From an uncultured Chloroflexia bacterium (GTDB lineage Bacteria; Chloroflexota; Limnocylindria; QHBO01), in NCBI GenBank assembly GCA_963822845.1, contig CAWGIY010000007.1, positions 47,657-111,656 on the forward strand: 64,000 nt of DNA. Direction: 5' to 3'. The number at the start of each line of letters is the position of its first letter. The first letter of the stretch is position 1. The position numbers and the translations under genes were made by a program. Positions 46,973 through 56,991 of this stretch are shown here, in pieces. The notes under the pieces are model-generated. The model saw only the letters and a program-made list of their open reading frames with translations. It did not search any database and was not told the DNA's origin.

Positions 46973-48231
46973 GCGACGACCCCCTGCTGCGGGCCGGCGG
47001 CGCCGTTGACCCCGCGCGGGTCGAGCCCGGCTGACTCGGCCACGAGCTCCATCAGGTCGCGGACGTCGATCTGCGCCTCGGCCCCGGCCGCCGACAGCGG
47101 ACGCTCGGACCAGACGCAGGCGCTGACGAGCGTGTCGACGTCGAGGTCCTTCGCGCGCGCCACGCGACGACGGCTGATCTCGGCGGTGATCTCCGGCTTC
47201 TCGATCGCCAGTCCCGCGCCGGCGCCGGAGCAGTACGACCACTGCGTGACGTGGTCGACGTCCTTGAAGGTCAGGCCGGGAATCGCGCGCAGGATCTCGC
47301 GCGGCGAGGCGTGGATGCCCTTGCGCTTGTTGAGCCGGCACGGGTCGTGGTAGGTGACCACGCGCTCGATCGGCTTCGTCAGTGTCAGCTTGCCGTCGCG
47401 GATCAGCTCGGCCACGAGCTCGGTGATGTGGACGATCTCGAACTCGTAGTCCGGCCCGAAGTAGTCGACGTAGTCCTCGGTGAAGCTGATGTAGTCGTGC
47501 GGGTCGAGCGTGATGATCCGCTTCGCGCCGTAGCTGCGCCAGTCCGCGACGTTGTGCTCGGCCAGCTGGCGCCCCGCATCGGGGTAGCCCATCTCGGCCG
47601 CCGGCCCGCCGCAGCACCACTGCTCGCGCATGAGCCCGAACTCGACGCCCGCCATCTGCAGCAGCTGGGCGGTCGAGCGCGACACCGAGGTGCGGTAGAA
47701 GGCAGCCTCGCAGTCGACGAAGAGGATCGTCTCGCCGCCGATCGGCAGGTCGAGGCCGGCGGCCCAGTTCGCCACGTTTTCCTGCGAGACCGGCACGTCG
47801 AGCACCGGCTCGCTCTTCGCGTCGAGGGTCGCCTCGACCCAGCGCTTCCAGTTCGGCTGCTCGATGCCGGACTGCACCGCGAGCGCGCGCATCGCCTTCA
47901 CGACCTTCACCGTCTGGGTCCGATGGCGATAGAAGTCGCCGGTGAACAGCGTGTTCGGGCAGCGAAGCTCGCACGCGCCGCACTGGGTGCAGTGGACGTA
48001 GTCGTCGGCGACGTCGGCGACGGAGAGGTTGCCCTGCTCCATCGCCACGATGTTGGCGTGGAACGCGGTCGGGGTGTGGTTCTCGTTGCGGGTCACCTGC
48101 ATGACCGGGCAGACCTCGCGACAGAACTTGTGCCCGCTGCTGAAGCAGCCGTAAGCGTTGTCCCGCCACTTCTCGACGAAGTCGGCCTGGAGCCGGCCGT
48201 CGGAGGCCGGGTCGTACGGGGGTGCGGTCAT
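46969..48231 (-). CDS. (Fe-S)-binding CCG-domain protein (GlcF/HdrD-like)
   Basis: CTQCGACELRCP, WCCGG, YHDPCRL, CSGAGAG. Confidence 0.88.
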   Translation of the reverse strand: MTAPPYDPASDGRLQADFVEKWRDNAYGCFSSGHKFCREVCPVMQVTRNENHTPTAFHANIVAMEQGNLSVADVADDYVHCTQCGACELRCPNTLFTGDFYRHRTQTVKVVKAMRALAVQSGIEQPNWKRWVEATLDAKSEPVLDVPVSQENVANWAAGLDLPIGGETILFVDCEAAFYRTSVSRSTAQLLQMAGVEFGLMREQWCCGGPAAEMGYPDAGRQLAEHNVADWRSYGAKRIITLDPHDYISFTEDYVDYFGPDYEFEIVHITELVAELIRDGKLTLTKPIERVVTYHDPCRLNKRKGIHASPREILRAIPGLTFKDVDHVTQWSYCSGAGAGLAIEKPEITAEISRRRVARAKDLDVDTLVSACVWSERPLSAAGAEAQIDVRDLMELVAESAGLDPRGVNGAAGPQQGVVA

Positions 48232-48271
48232 GCGCTCGACACCTCAACGATCAGCGAACGTCGTGCGGTGG

Positions 48272-48299
48272 TTGGTCTGGTCACCTGACCTGGTCAACC
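48272..48299. promoter_or_regulatory. Possible GntR/FadR-family operator
   Basis: TTGGTCTGGTCACCTGACCTGGTCAACC with palindrome GGTCA-cc-TGACC upstream of the Fe-S/FAD operon. Confidence 0.45.
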
Positions 48300-48372
48300 T
48301 CCTGAACAGCCGGCGCGACCGGCGGGCAAGGCGCCCGCCGCATGATCGCGCGTCCTCTGGTCCGACGCCGGG

Positions 48373-49443
48373 CTAGGCTGGCATCGGCTCCTTCGCCAGG
48401 GCCGGCATGACACGATCGCGGATCAGCCGCAGCTGCGCGTGCGTGTCGACCGCGTTCGGGACGTCGATGCCGGTGAACGCCTTGACGAGGTACGGGTCGA
48501 CGACCGCGCCGATGATGTGGTTGACGCCGGTCGAGATGATGTCGCGCTCGAGACGCTCCGCCACCTCGTCGGGCGTGCCGGCCACGCTGAACTTCTCGCC
48601 GAGCTCGGGTGTCGTGAGCTCGAGTGCCTTCGGCACGTCGCCGGCGCCGAAGGCGTCGAAGATCGGCTTGAGGTCCGCCCCGGAGATGCCGTGGCGGTTC
48701 AGCTGCTGCTCGGGCATTGCGGACAGGTAGAAGGCGGCCATGATCCGGGCCGTCTCCTTGGCCGCCGCCGAGTCCTCCATGACCGACATCACCAGCCATG
48801 CGCCGATGTCGAGATCGTCGGCGTTGCGGCCGGCCTTCGCCGCGCCCTTGCGGACGTGCTCGACCATGTACTCGTACGTCTCGCGCGACGTGCCGATGGC
48901 CTGGTGCACGCCGTCGAACAGCTCGCCGCCGACCTCGAACGATCGCGGGCCGCCCATGGCGCCGAGCTTGATCGGCAGCTTCTCCTGGACCGGCCGCGCC
49001 AGCGTCCACAGCCCGGTGTGCTTGAAGAACTCGCCGTCGTGGGTCACCGCGCCGGTGTCCAGGAAGGTGCGCATCACCTCGCGCGCGTCGATCACGCGGG
49101 AGAGCGGCTTCATGCCGTCGGTGTCGATCCCGTGCTGCGGGAGCATCGAGATGTTCCCGAAGCTCACCACGATCTCTGCGCGTCCGTTCGTCAGCTGGTC
49201 GAGCGTCGCCGCCATCTGCACGACGTGGGCGGGATCGCGCAGGATCACGTGGGTGACGTTCGGCCCCATCCGGATCTGCGTCGTCTTGTCCGCGGCCGCC
49301 GCAAACAGCAGCCACATGTCCTTCCACCACGTCTCGTCGACCGAGTAGGCGGCATAGAAGCCGCACTCGTCCGCCGTCTTGATGATGTTGACGGACTCCT
49401 CCAGCGGATAGGCCGGAACGTGGCAGTAGCTGAACTTGACCAT
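48373..49443 (-). CDS. LLM class oxidoreductase (Mer-like, possibly F420-dependent)
   Basis: DETWWKD, GPNVTH..RDP, ATLDQLTNGRA, GAMGGPRS, AGTPDEV. Confidence 0.85.
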   Translation of the reverse strand: MVKFSYCHVPAYPLEESVNIIKTADECGFYAAYSVDETWWKDMWLLFAAAADKTTQIRMGPNVTHVILRDPAHVVQMAATLDQLTNGRAEIVVSFGNISMLPQHGIDTDGMKPLSRVIDAREVMRTFLDTGAVTHDGEFFKHTGLWTLARPVQEKLPIKLGAMGGPRSFEVGGELFDGVHQAIGTSRETYEYMVEHVRKGAAKAGRNADDLDIGAWLVMSVMEDSAAAKETARIMAAFYLSAMPEQQLNRHGISGADLKPIFDAFGAGDVPKALELTTPELGEKFSVAGTPDEVAERLERDIISTGVNHIIGAVVDPYLVKAFTGIDVPNAVDTHAQLRLIRDRVMPALAKEPMPA

Positions 49444-49599
49444 GCGCGCGCGCCTCCAAGCAGGACTCAGGATCACCCCCACACGCCGTGCGTCAGCCGG
49501 TATTCGGTTGGCGGACACTCATCATGCCATCGGGGTCAACGGCCGCCCCGCGGGCGCATCGGTCTAGAATCAGCGTCCCGCCCACCCCACGGAGAACCG

Positions 49600-50796
49600 A
49601 TGATCGACTTTTCGCTGACCGATGCGCAGCGGGAGGTGCAGCGCACCGCGCGCGCCTTCGCCGAGCGCGAGATCCTGCCGCGCGTCCGAGAGCTCGACGA
49701 GACCTCGACCTACGACCGCTCGCTGTACGAGAAGATGGGCTCCGAGGGGCTGCTGGGGCTGCCGATCCCCGAGCGGTACGGCGGGGCGGGGATGGACTAC
49801 ATCGCCTTCGCGCTGCTGTGCGAGGAGATGGAGCGCGCCGACACCGCGTTCCGGGTCATCCTCAGCGTCCACACCGGGCTCAACTCGCTGACGCTGCTCC
49901 AGTGGGCGAGCGAGGAGCAGAAGGAGCGATACCTCGTCCCGCAGGCCCGCGGCGAGAAGCTCGCGACGTTCGGCCTCACCGAGCCCGGCGTCGGCTCCGA
50001 TGCGGCCAACCTGGCGACCACCGCGCGGCGCGACGGCGATCGGTACATCCTCAACGGCTCGAAGATCTGGATCAGCCTGGCCGATACGGCCGACCACGCC
50101 CTCGTCTTCGCCAACGTCGACCGCTCGAAGGGCCACAAGGGAATCACCGCGTTCATCGTCGAGCGCTCGTTCCCCGGCTTCTCGTCGGAGTCCCTGCACG
50201 GGAAGCTCGGCGTGCGGGCGGGGAACACCGGCATCCTCACGTTCGACGACTGCGAGGTGCCCGCGGCGAACCGCGTCGGCGAGGAGGGGGAGGGCTTCAC
50301 GATCGCGATGAGCGCGATCGACCAGGGACGCTATACGGTGGCCGCCGGATCGGTCGGGCTGGCGGCAGCGTGTCTCGAGGCATCGGTGAAGTACGCACAC
50401 GAGCGAAAGGCCTTCGGCTCGGAGATCGGCGAGCACCAGCTCGTGAAGCAGATGCTGGCGAGGATGGAGCAGGGGATCGAGGCCGGGCGCCTGCTCGTGT
50501 GGAAGGCGGGCTGGAAGAAGAATCGCGGCGAGCGGAATACTCGCGAGACCTCGCTGGCCAAGTGGTTCGCGACCGACCACGCCGTGCAGTCGGCAATGGA
50601 CGCCATCCAGGTCCACGGCGCCTACGGCTACAGCAACGAGTACCCGGTCGAGCGCTACCTGCGCAACAGCAAGGGCTCGGTGATCTACGAGGGCACCTCG
50701 CAGATCCACACTGTGATGCAGGCCGACTACGTCCTCGGCTACCGCAAGGACAAGCCCCTGCGGATGGCCCAGCCGCCGTACGAAGGCGAGATGTAG
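49600..50796 (+). CDS. Acyl-CoA dehydrogenase
   Basis: GLTEPGVGSD, NGSKIWIS, KLGVRA, QVHGAYGY, IYEGTSQI. Confidence 0.93.
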   Translation: MIDFSLTDAQREVQRTARAFAEREILPRVRELDETSTYDRSLYEKMGSEGLLGLPIPERYGGAGMDYIAFALLCEEMERADTAFRVILSVHTGLNSLTLLQWASEEQKERYLVPQARGEKLATFGLTEPGVGSDAANLATTARRDGDRYILNGSKIWISLADTADHALVFANVDRSKGHKGITAFIVERSFPGFSSESLHGKLGVRAGNTGILTFDDCEVPAANRVGEEGEGFTIAMSAIDQGRYTVAAGSVGLAAACLEASVKYAHERKAFGSEIGEHQLVKQMLARMEQGIEAGRLLVWKAGWKKNRGERNTRETSLAKWFATDHAVQSAMDAIQVHGAYGYSNEYPVERYLRNSKGSVIYEGTSQIHTVMQADYVLGYRKDKPLRMAQPPYEGEM

Positions 50797-50838
50797 CAGG
50801 CGCCGCCCTCTTGACACGCAACGGGCCGCGCTGCAACC

Positions 50839-51225
50839 ATGCGACGCATGGTACCGCGTGAGACAAGGAACCAGGCCACGGAGCTGCGGCGCGGTGTCCT
50901 CGAGCTGTGCGTGCTCGCCGTCCTGGAACGCGGGGAGTCATACGCCTTCGACATCGTCCGAGACCTGTCAGCTGCTGGAGAGCTGCTGACGAGTGAGGGC
51001 ACGATCTATCCGCTGCTGGCAAGGATGCGCGAGCAGCGGCTGGTGACGACGAACTGGCGGGAGTCCGCCTCCGGGCCGCCCCGACGCTACTACCAGCTAA
51101 CCGATGCCGGTCGCAGTGCCGCCATCGACCTGGGAGCCGATTGGGCCCGGTTTCGTGACGCGGTTGATGCGCTGCTGCAGAGCAGCGGGGAGGTGAAGGG
51201 TGGAGATCGACGCGTTCGTGCGTGA
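50839..51225 (+). CDS. PadR family transcriptional regulator
   Basis: RRGVLELCVL, EGTIYPLL, GPPRRYYQLT. Confidence 0.9.
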   Translation: MRRMVPRETRNQATELRRGVLELCVLAVLERGESYAFDIVRDLSAAGELLTSEGTIYPLLARMREQRLVTTNWRESASGPPRRYYQLTDAGRSAAIDLGADWARFRDAVDALLQSSGEVKGGDRRVRA

Positions 51226-51718
51226 GTATCTGGCACGGCTCGAGGCAGCCGCGGCCCGACTGCCGGCCGAGCGGCGGACGGAGCTGATCGGCGAGGTCCG
51301 CGAGCACATCGAGGCTGCCATCTCCGAGGAGGCGGTCCCCACCGAGGCGACGGTCCGCAACGTCCTCGACCGGCTCGGTAGCCCGGAGGAGATCGTCGCG
51401 GCCGAGGCTCAGCCACTCGGCGGACCGTCCGCGCCTGCCGCGATCGGCCCCGACGGCTCGGCGACGGCAACGCGCCCCGGCATCGGGCTGCTCGAGGTCG
51501 TCGCACTGCTGCTCGTGACGGTCGGGACGTTCGCCGCGCCGGTCGTGGGACCGGCGGTCGGCATCGCCCTCGTGTGGCTCTCACGGGTCTGGTCGACGCG
51601 ATGGAAGCTCGTCATCACGGCGATCGTCGTCGTGCTGGTGCTCCTGCCGATCCTCGCACTGCTCGGCGTCGGCGCCGGGAGCGGCGCCATCGAGGGCTCC
51701 GCGGTGCCCGTCCGTTGA
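51200..51718 (+). CDS. HAAS-domain membrane protein (PadR partner)
   Basis: YLARLEAAA..EVREHI..LGSPEEIV, then TM helices. Confidence 0.8.
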   Translation: MEIDAFVREYLARLEAAAARLPAERRTELIGEVREHIEAAISEEAVPTEATVRNVLDRLGSPEEIVAAEAQPLGGPSAPAAIGPDGSATATRPGIGLLEVVALLLVTVGTFAAPVVGPAVGIALVWLSRVWSTRWKLVITAIVVVLVLLPILALLGVGAGSGAIEGSAVPVR

Positions 51719-51755
51719 GACGCGGCACGCGGTTCCGCCGAGTTCGGCGTATCGG

Positions 51756-52301
51756 TCAGGCGGGGGACTTGCGGCTGAGCCGATCGGCGAGGCCGCCGAT
51801 CGTCAGCGCGAGGCCCAGTGCCAGGATGCCGATCGCGGCGACCAGCCGGAACGCTTCGCCGCCAAAGGTGGTGGCGAACACGAGGTATGCGACGACGCCG
51901 CCGATGGCCAGTCCGGCGCCGATCCACTTGAAGGCGGGCGCATCGGCGATCCAGCCCGCGGCGTACATGCCGAGGCCGAGGCTGAAGGGGAAGACGCTCC
52001 ACAGATAGGCCCACGCGCTCCATCGGTCCGTGAGGCTTGTGTACAGCAGCGCCGAACCGATGCCGGCCAGCAGGGCACCCGGGATCACCATTCCCGCCCG
52101 CAGTCGGCGGTTCGGGCCGCCGACGAGGGCGGGCACGAGGAAGAACAGCGACAGGCCGATGATGAGGATCGGCCACCAGCGCAGGACCTCCTCGTCGATG
52201 GGAAGGCCGCGGACGAGGTCGGCGAGCGGCTCGCTGGCCAGCAGCAGGATCCCGACGATGAGCAGCAGCAGCCCCGCCACGAGCTCGATGGTGCGACTCA
52301 C
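51756..52301 (-). CDS. Multi-TM membrane protein (LiaF/LiaI-like N-terminus)
   Basis: GLLLLIVGILLL, WWPILIIGL, about 6 TM. Confidence 0.7.
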   Translation of the reverse strand: MSRTIELVAGLLLLIVGILLLASEPLADLVRGLPIDEEVLRWWPILIIGLSLFFLVPALVGGPNRRLRAGMVIPGALLAGIGSALLYTSLTDRWSAWAYLWSVFPFSLGLGMYAAGWIADAPAFKWIGAGLAIGGVVAYLVFATTFGGEAFRLVAAIGILALGLALTIGGLADRLSRKSPA

Positions 52302-52323
52302 CGGCCGAGTATACGGTGGCATC

Positions 52324-54621
52324 ATGCCGCGGATGCCCGCCCGGCCCGGCACCCGCTCGCTGCTCCGCGCGCTCGGGCGGCGCCTGCCACGGACCCGCGG
52401 AGAGCTGCGCGTCGCGGGCCTGCACGACGAGGTCGTGGTCCGCCGCGATCGCTGGGGGATACCGCATGTCGACGCGGCCGGCGATGCCGACGCGTGGTTC
52501 GCGCTCGGGTTCTGCCACGGCCAGGATCGCGCGTTCCAACTCGAGCTGATCGCTCGCGCCGGACGCGGACTGCTGGCCGAGCTGCTCGGCGCGGCCGCAC
52601 TGCCGATCGACCGGCTGTCGAGGACGCTCGGCTTCCGGCGCGTCGCGCTGGAGCAGGTCGGCCGCCTCGACCCGGACGTTCTCGCGACGCTCGAGGCCTA
52701 CGTCGCCGGGATCAACGCGGCGGCCGAATGCACGCCACGACCGCACGAGCTCGTCCTCCTGCGCGCCGAACGGAGCGCATGGACCGTCGAGGACGTCCTC
52801 GCCTTCGGGGGCCTGCAGTCGCTGGCTCTGGGCGGCAGCTGGGACAGCGAGCTCGCGCGCCAGGCGATCCTCGACGCCGACGGCCCCGCGGCCGTGGCCG
52901 CGGTCGAACCGACGTACGGGCCGTGGCTGCCGGTCGTGACGCCGCCCGGCGCGCGCGCAGGCGAACCGGTGGCGAGACTGGCGGCCGACCTTTCGCTCCT
53001 CCGCGACCTGGCCGGCGGGTCGGGCGGCTCGAACGCGTGGGCCGTCGCCGGAGCGCGGACGGCGTCGGGCGCCCCGATCCTCGCCAACGACCCGCACCTC
53101 GCACCGGGCATCCCACCGCCGTGGTACCTCGCGCATCTGCGCACCCCGGAGTGGGAGCTGGCCGGCGCCTCGTTCGTCGGCGGCGCGGCGTTCCCGACCG
53201 GCTTCAATGGCCACGCCGCGTGGGGCATCACCGCCGCCTGCACCGACTCGGCCGACCTGTTCTGGGAGGAGCTCTCCGCCGACGGCGGCACCGCGCGCGG
53301 GCCCGTTGGTCCCGAGCCCGTCGCGCGGTTCGTCGAGACCATCCCGGTACGTGGGGCCGGCACCGTCGTCGAGGAGGTGCTCGTCACCCGGCGTGGGCCG
53401 ATCGTGACCGGTCTCGTCGACGGCGTCTCCCGGGCGCTCTCGATCAGCGCGACCTGGCTCGAGCCGGCGCCTGTTCGCGGCTTCCTCGGCGTCCAGCGGG
53501 CGCGCGACTTCGCCGACTTTCGCGACAGCTTCGGCGCGTGGCCCGGCCCGTCGCTCAACGTCGTCTACGCCGATGCCGACGGCCACGTCGGCTGGCAGGT
53601 CGTCGGCACCCTGCCCCGACGGCGCTTGGGGAACGGGATCGTCCCGCTGCCGGCGTGGGAAGCGGGCTGGGAGCCCGAGCACCTGGCCTTCGACGACCTG
53701 CCCCGGACGCTGGACCCGCCGGCAGGCTTCGTGGCCTCCGCGAACAATGCCCCACGCGTCGATGCGCCCGACACGCCGTTCCTCGGGGTCGACTGGCTGG
53801 ACGGCTATCGCGCCGCGCGGATCGTCGAGGTGCTCGAAGGACGCGCTGACTGGGACGTCGCCGGCTCGATGGCGCTGCAGAACGACCGGGTCAGCCTCCC
53901 GTGGCGCGACCTTCGCGACGTCGTGCTCGCGGCCGCGGATGGTCCGATGGCCGACCTGCTGCGGGAGTGGGACGGGGTCGTGGCCGCGGACTCGGTGGCG
54001 GCATCGGTCTTTGAGCTGCTCGTCGCGGAGCTGGCGCGCGCGGTGGCCCGGACCGACGCGCCGAACGGGTGGCGGTGGGCGGTCGGTGGCGGGTTCGGCC
54101 GGGTCGTGCCGCGCACATCGTTCGGGGCTCGGACGCTCAGCCACCTCGTCGGCCCGCTTCGGTCGGGAGTCGGGGCGGAGCTCATCCCGTCGGCGCTGGC
54201 GCGGGCGGGTGAGACGCTGCGCGAGCGCCATGGGGCCAATCCCGCGGGCTGGGCCTGGGGCGAGATCCGGCCGTTGCGGCTCGTCCATCGGCTCGGCGTG
54301 CGCAGGCCGCTGGATCGCATCTTCAACGTGGGTCCGGTGCCGCTCGGCGGCGACGCGAACACGCCGGCGCAGGCGGGCGTCCATCCGCTCGACCCGCTCG
54401 CGAATCCCGGGGCGATCGCCAACCACCGCACCGTCATCGACCTCGGAGCCCCCGAGCGCAGCCGCTTCGTGCTGGCCGGCGGGCAGTCCGGCAACCCGCT
54501 GTCGCCCCACTACGCCGACCTCTTCGAGCTGTGGCGGCGAGGCGAGGGCGTGCCGATCGCGTGGTCGGCCGAGGCGGTGGACCAGGCGAGCATCCACCGG
54601 CTGGTGCTGCGTCCCGGTTGA
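52324..54621 (+). CDS. Penicillin acylase family (Ntn) amidase
   Basis: RDRWGIPHV, GQDRAFQL, GSNAWAV nucleophile, LANDPHL, GGQSGNPLSPHYAD. Confidence 0.92.
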   Translation: MPRMPARPGTRSLLRALGRRLPRTRGELRVAGLHDEVVVRRDRWGIPHVDAAGDADAWFALGFCHGQDRAFQLELIARAGRGLLAELLGAAALPIDRLSRTLGFRRVALEQVGRLDPDVLATLEAYVAGINAAAECTPRPHELVLLRAERSAWTVEDVLAFGGLQSLALGGSWDSELARQAILDADGPAAVAAVEPTYGPWLPVVTPPGARAGEPVARLAADLSLLRDLAGGSGGSNAWAVAGARTASGAPILANDPHLAPGIPPPWYLAHLRTPEWELAGASFVGGAAFPTGFNGHAAWGITAACTDSADLFWEELSADGGTARGPVGPEPVARFVETIPVRGAGTVVEEVLVTRRGPIVTGLVDGVSRALSISATWLEPAPVRGFLGVQRARDFADFRDSFGAWPGPSLNVVYADADGHVGWQVVGTLPRRRLGNGIVPLPAWEAGWEPEHLAFDDLPRTLDPPAGFVASANNAPRVDAPDTPFLGVDWLDGYRAARIVEVLEGRADWDVAGSMALQNDRVSLPWRDLRDVVLAAADGPMADLLREWDGVVAADSVAASVFELLVAELARAVARTDAPNGWRWAVGGGFGRVVPRTSFGARTLSHLVGPLRSGVGAELIPSALARAGETLRERHGANPAGWAWGEIRPLRLVHRLGVRRPLDRIFNVGPVPLGGDANTPAQAGVHPLDPLANPGAIANHRTVIDLGAPERSRFVLAGGQSGNPLSPHYADLFELWRRGEGVPIAWSAEAVDQASIHRLVLRPG

Positions 54622-54666
54622 GCTGGATCGGGCGTCCTGACCGATGTTCAACCACGGGCACGTGTT

Positions 54667-54823
54667 CAGGCGATTCCCGTGGGGCGGGCGTATCGGCGAA
54701 GCAGTGGCCGGAATCCCGTGGGGCGGGAGGCTCAGACGCCGAGGCGGCCGAACTCGGTCGCCAGGCCTCCCGTGGTGGCGGGAATTCGGCCACTCAGTGG
54801 CCGTTACGCCCGTCGGGCGGGAG
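54667..54823. repeat. REP/REPIN-like composite palindromic element, copy 2
   Basis: Reverse complement aligns unit by unit with 23589-23745. Confidence 0.8.
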
Positions 54824-54875
54824 TGCGGCGCGGCGCTGGCTCGCCCGCATGGGGGACGCCCTTCCGCGGAGCTGG

Positions 54876-56849
54876 CTAGAGGTGCTTCTCGAACCAGGCC
54901 CGGAGCCGCTCGAGGCGGTCGATTCGACGATCCGGGCGCCCGTGCGACTTCATCTCGTGGTGCTCGTCGGGATAGAGGACGTACTCGACATCGCGCCCGA
55001 GCACCTTGAGCGCGGTGAAGAACTGCTCGTTGTCGGCCGGCGGGCAGATCCGGTCCTCCTCCGACTGCAGCATGAGGAGCGGCGTGCGAACGTTCGGCGC
55101 GTTGCGCAGGGGCGAGGAGCGCCACAGCTGGGCGTGACCCTCGTCGCTGAGCGGGTCGCCGAGGCCGGCGCGGCGGTTGTAGTGCACGCCGAAGTACGAG
55201 TTCGCCCAGGCCGACGCCTGGTTGGCAACGCCGTTCTCGCTGCTGGCGGCGCGGAACCGATCGGTCACGCCGATCAGCCACTGCGTGAGGAAGCCACCGT
55301 AGCTGAGCCCCATGACGCCGAGCCGCTTCGGATCGGCCAGGCCGAGCTTCACGAGGCCGTCGACCGCGGCGAGCGCGTCGGCGGCGTCGGTGTCGCCCCA
55401 GGCCGCCGAGAGGCCGCGCACCCACGGGCCGCCGAAGGTCGTCGAGCCGCGGATGTTCGGCATCAGGACCCGGTAGCCGGCCTCGCACAGCGCCATCTCG
55501 TCGAGGGTCCCTCCGGGACCCCACGCGCCGGTCGGGCCGCCGTGGATGTGGAGGATCGTCGGCAGGCGCCGCTTGCCGGCGCCGCGCGGGGAGGCGAGCC
55601 AGGCCTGCATCGGTCCCGCCGGTCCGCGCAGCGTGAGCTCTTCGAGGTCGACGCCGGTGAAGCGGCGCTGCCAGGCCGATCCCTCGCGGGTCACCTGGCG
55701 CAGCTTGCCATCCTCGGCCGTCCAGACCTCGCCGGCGAGGCCGTCGAGTGCGGCCGAGATCGCGACCCGGCCGCCGGCGACGTCGACGCCCGACGCCGCG
55801 ATCCGCAGGTCGGGGTCGACCATCGGCTCGGCATGACCATCCAACGTCACCCGGTACGGAAGGTCGCGGCCACGGTCGCCGACGATCACCACCAGCTCGG
55901 AATCCGACCGCCACGCCGGTCCGGGCATCTCCTCCGCCATCAGCAGGTCGCACCAGGCCCACTCGCCGATGGGGCGGTCGAGCTCCGGCGTCAGGTGGCG
56001 CGGGGTGCCGGCGGGCAGGTCCATCACCCACAGCGAGGGCGGGAGCTCGTCGGGCGGGTCCTCGACGTCGGTGCCGATGAACGCCAGGCGCTGGCCGTCG
56101 GGCGAGAACGCAGGCCGGTCGGCGTCGCCGGCCAGGCTCGCGAGCGCACGGACGCGCGGCTTGGCCGCATCGGTCCCGACCGACCAGATCTGGAGCCTCG
56201 GGCTGATCGTGGTGTCCGGCCCGCGGTCGGCCGAGAAGGCGATGCGCCGACCGTCCGGCGACCAGGCCGGGTTGGTCACGTCGAAGTCGCCGCTCGTCAG
56301 CTGGCGCGGCGTTGCGCCCGCCCGAAAGGGCATGAGCCACAGGTGCGATCGCCGCACGACATGACCGGACTCGTCGTCGCGGAAGTCGAGCCGGGTGATT
56401 CTGCGCGCGATCGGCGATTGCCCCTTGCGCTCTTCGCCGACGATGAAGCGGTGGTCGCCGGCCTGCGCGACCAGCGCCACGCGCGCACCGTCCGGCGACC
56501 AGTGGACGCTGCCGACGCCGTGCTTGAGCGACGTGAGCTGCCAGGGCTCGCCCCCGTCGAGCGGCAGGACCCATGCCTGCGCGACGGCATCGTCGGGGCC
56601 GACCGGCGTGCGCACGAAGGCCAGGTGGCGCCCGTCCGGAGAGACCGCCGGCGAACCGTCGCGCACCCGCCCTCGCGTGAGCTGGCGCGCCTGCCCGCCG
56701 CGCATCGGCCGGAGCCAGACATGCGACTCGTAGTCGTCGCGGCGGACCCGACGGAGGACGTAGACGACGGCCGTGCCATCGGGGAGCAGCCGGAAGGCCT
56801 CGAGAGCGACCTGGGCACGAACGAGCGCTCTGGCGGTTGCATCGGTCAT
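54876..56849 (-). CDS. S9 family peptidase (acylaminoacyl peptidase-like)
   Basis: WD40-like SPDG repeats, HGGP, GLSYGG, EDRIC, DEHHE. Confidence 0.92.
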   Translation of the reverse strand: MTDATARALVRAQVALEAFRLLPDGTAVVYVLRRVRRDDYESHVWLRPMRGGQARQLTRGRVRDGSPAVSPDGRHLAFVRTPVGPDDAVAQAWVLPLDGGEPWQLTSLKHGVGSVHWSPDGARVALVAQAGDHRFIVGEERKGQSPIARRITRLDFRDDESGHVVRRSHLWLMPFRAGATPRQLTSGDFDVTNPAWSPDGRRIAFSADRGPDTTISPRLQIWSVGTDAAKPRVRALASLAGDADRPAFSPDGQRLAFIGTDVEDPPDELPPSLWVMDLPAGTPRHLTPELDRPIGEWAWCDLLMAEEMPGPAWRSDSELVVIVGDRGRDLPYRVTLDGHAEPMVDPDLRIAASGVDVAGGRVAISAALDGLAGEVWTAEDGKLRQVTREGSAWQRRFTGVDLEELTLRGPAGPMQAWLASPRGAGKRRLPTILHIHGGPTGAWGPGGTLDEMALCEAGYRVLMPNIRGSTTFGGPWVRGLSAAWGDTDAADALAAVDGLVKLGLADPKRLGVMGLSYGGFLTQWLIGVTDRFRAASSENGVANQASAWANSYFGVHYNRRAGLGDPLSDEGHAQLWRSSPLRNAPNVRTPLLMLQSEEDRICPPADNEQFFTALKVLGRDVEYVLYPDEHHEMKSHGRPDRRIDRLERLRAWFEKHL

Positions 56850-56991
56850 GCGCCCGAGTATGCACGGATTCCGGAGCCTGCCGCTGATCGTTGACCCGAT
56901 TCCGCAGGATGTGCCATCCTCCCCGAGATCGAGCGGCCGTCCCGCCCCGGGCTCCGCCGCCTAGCGGACTTGCTTCGGAGGCACACAGACG

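Noticed and set aside
54667-54823. CRISPR array
   Set aside because: Only four short degenerate palindromic units, spacers homologous to the other copy, no cas genes. It fits a REP-like element better.
51409-56865. 1818-aa minus-strand ORF and other very long Arg/Pro/Gly-rich ORFs (e.g. 39235-42258, 31993-34338, 2792-5110)
   Set aside because: Shadow or antisense frames of real genes in high-GC DNA, with no domain motifs.
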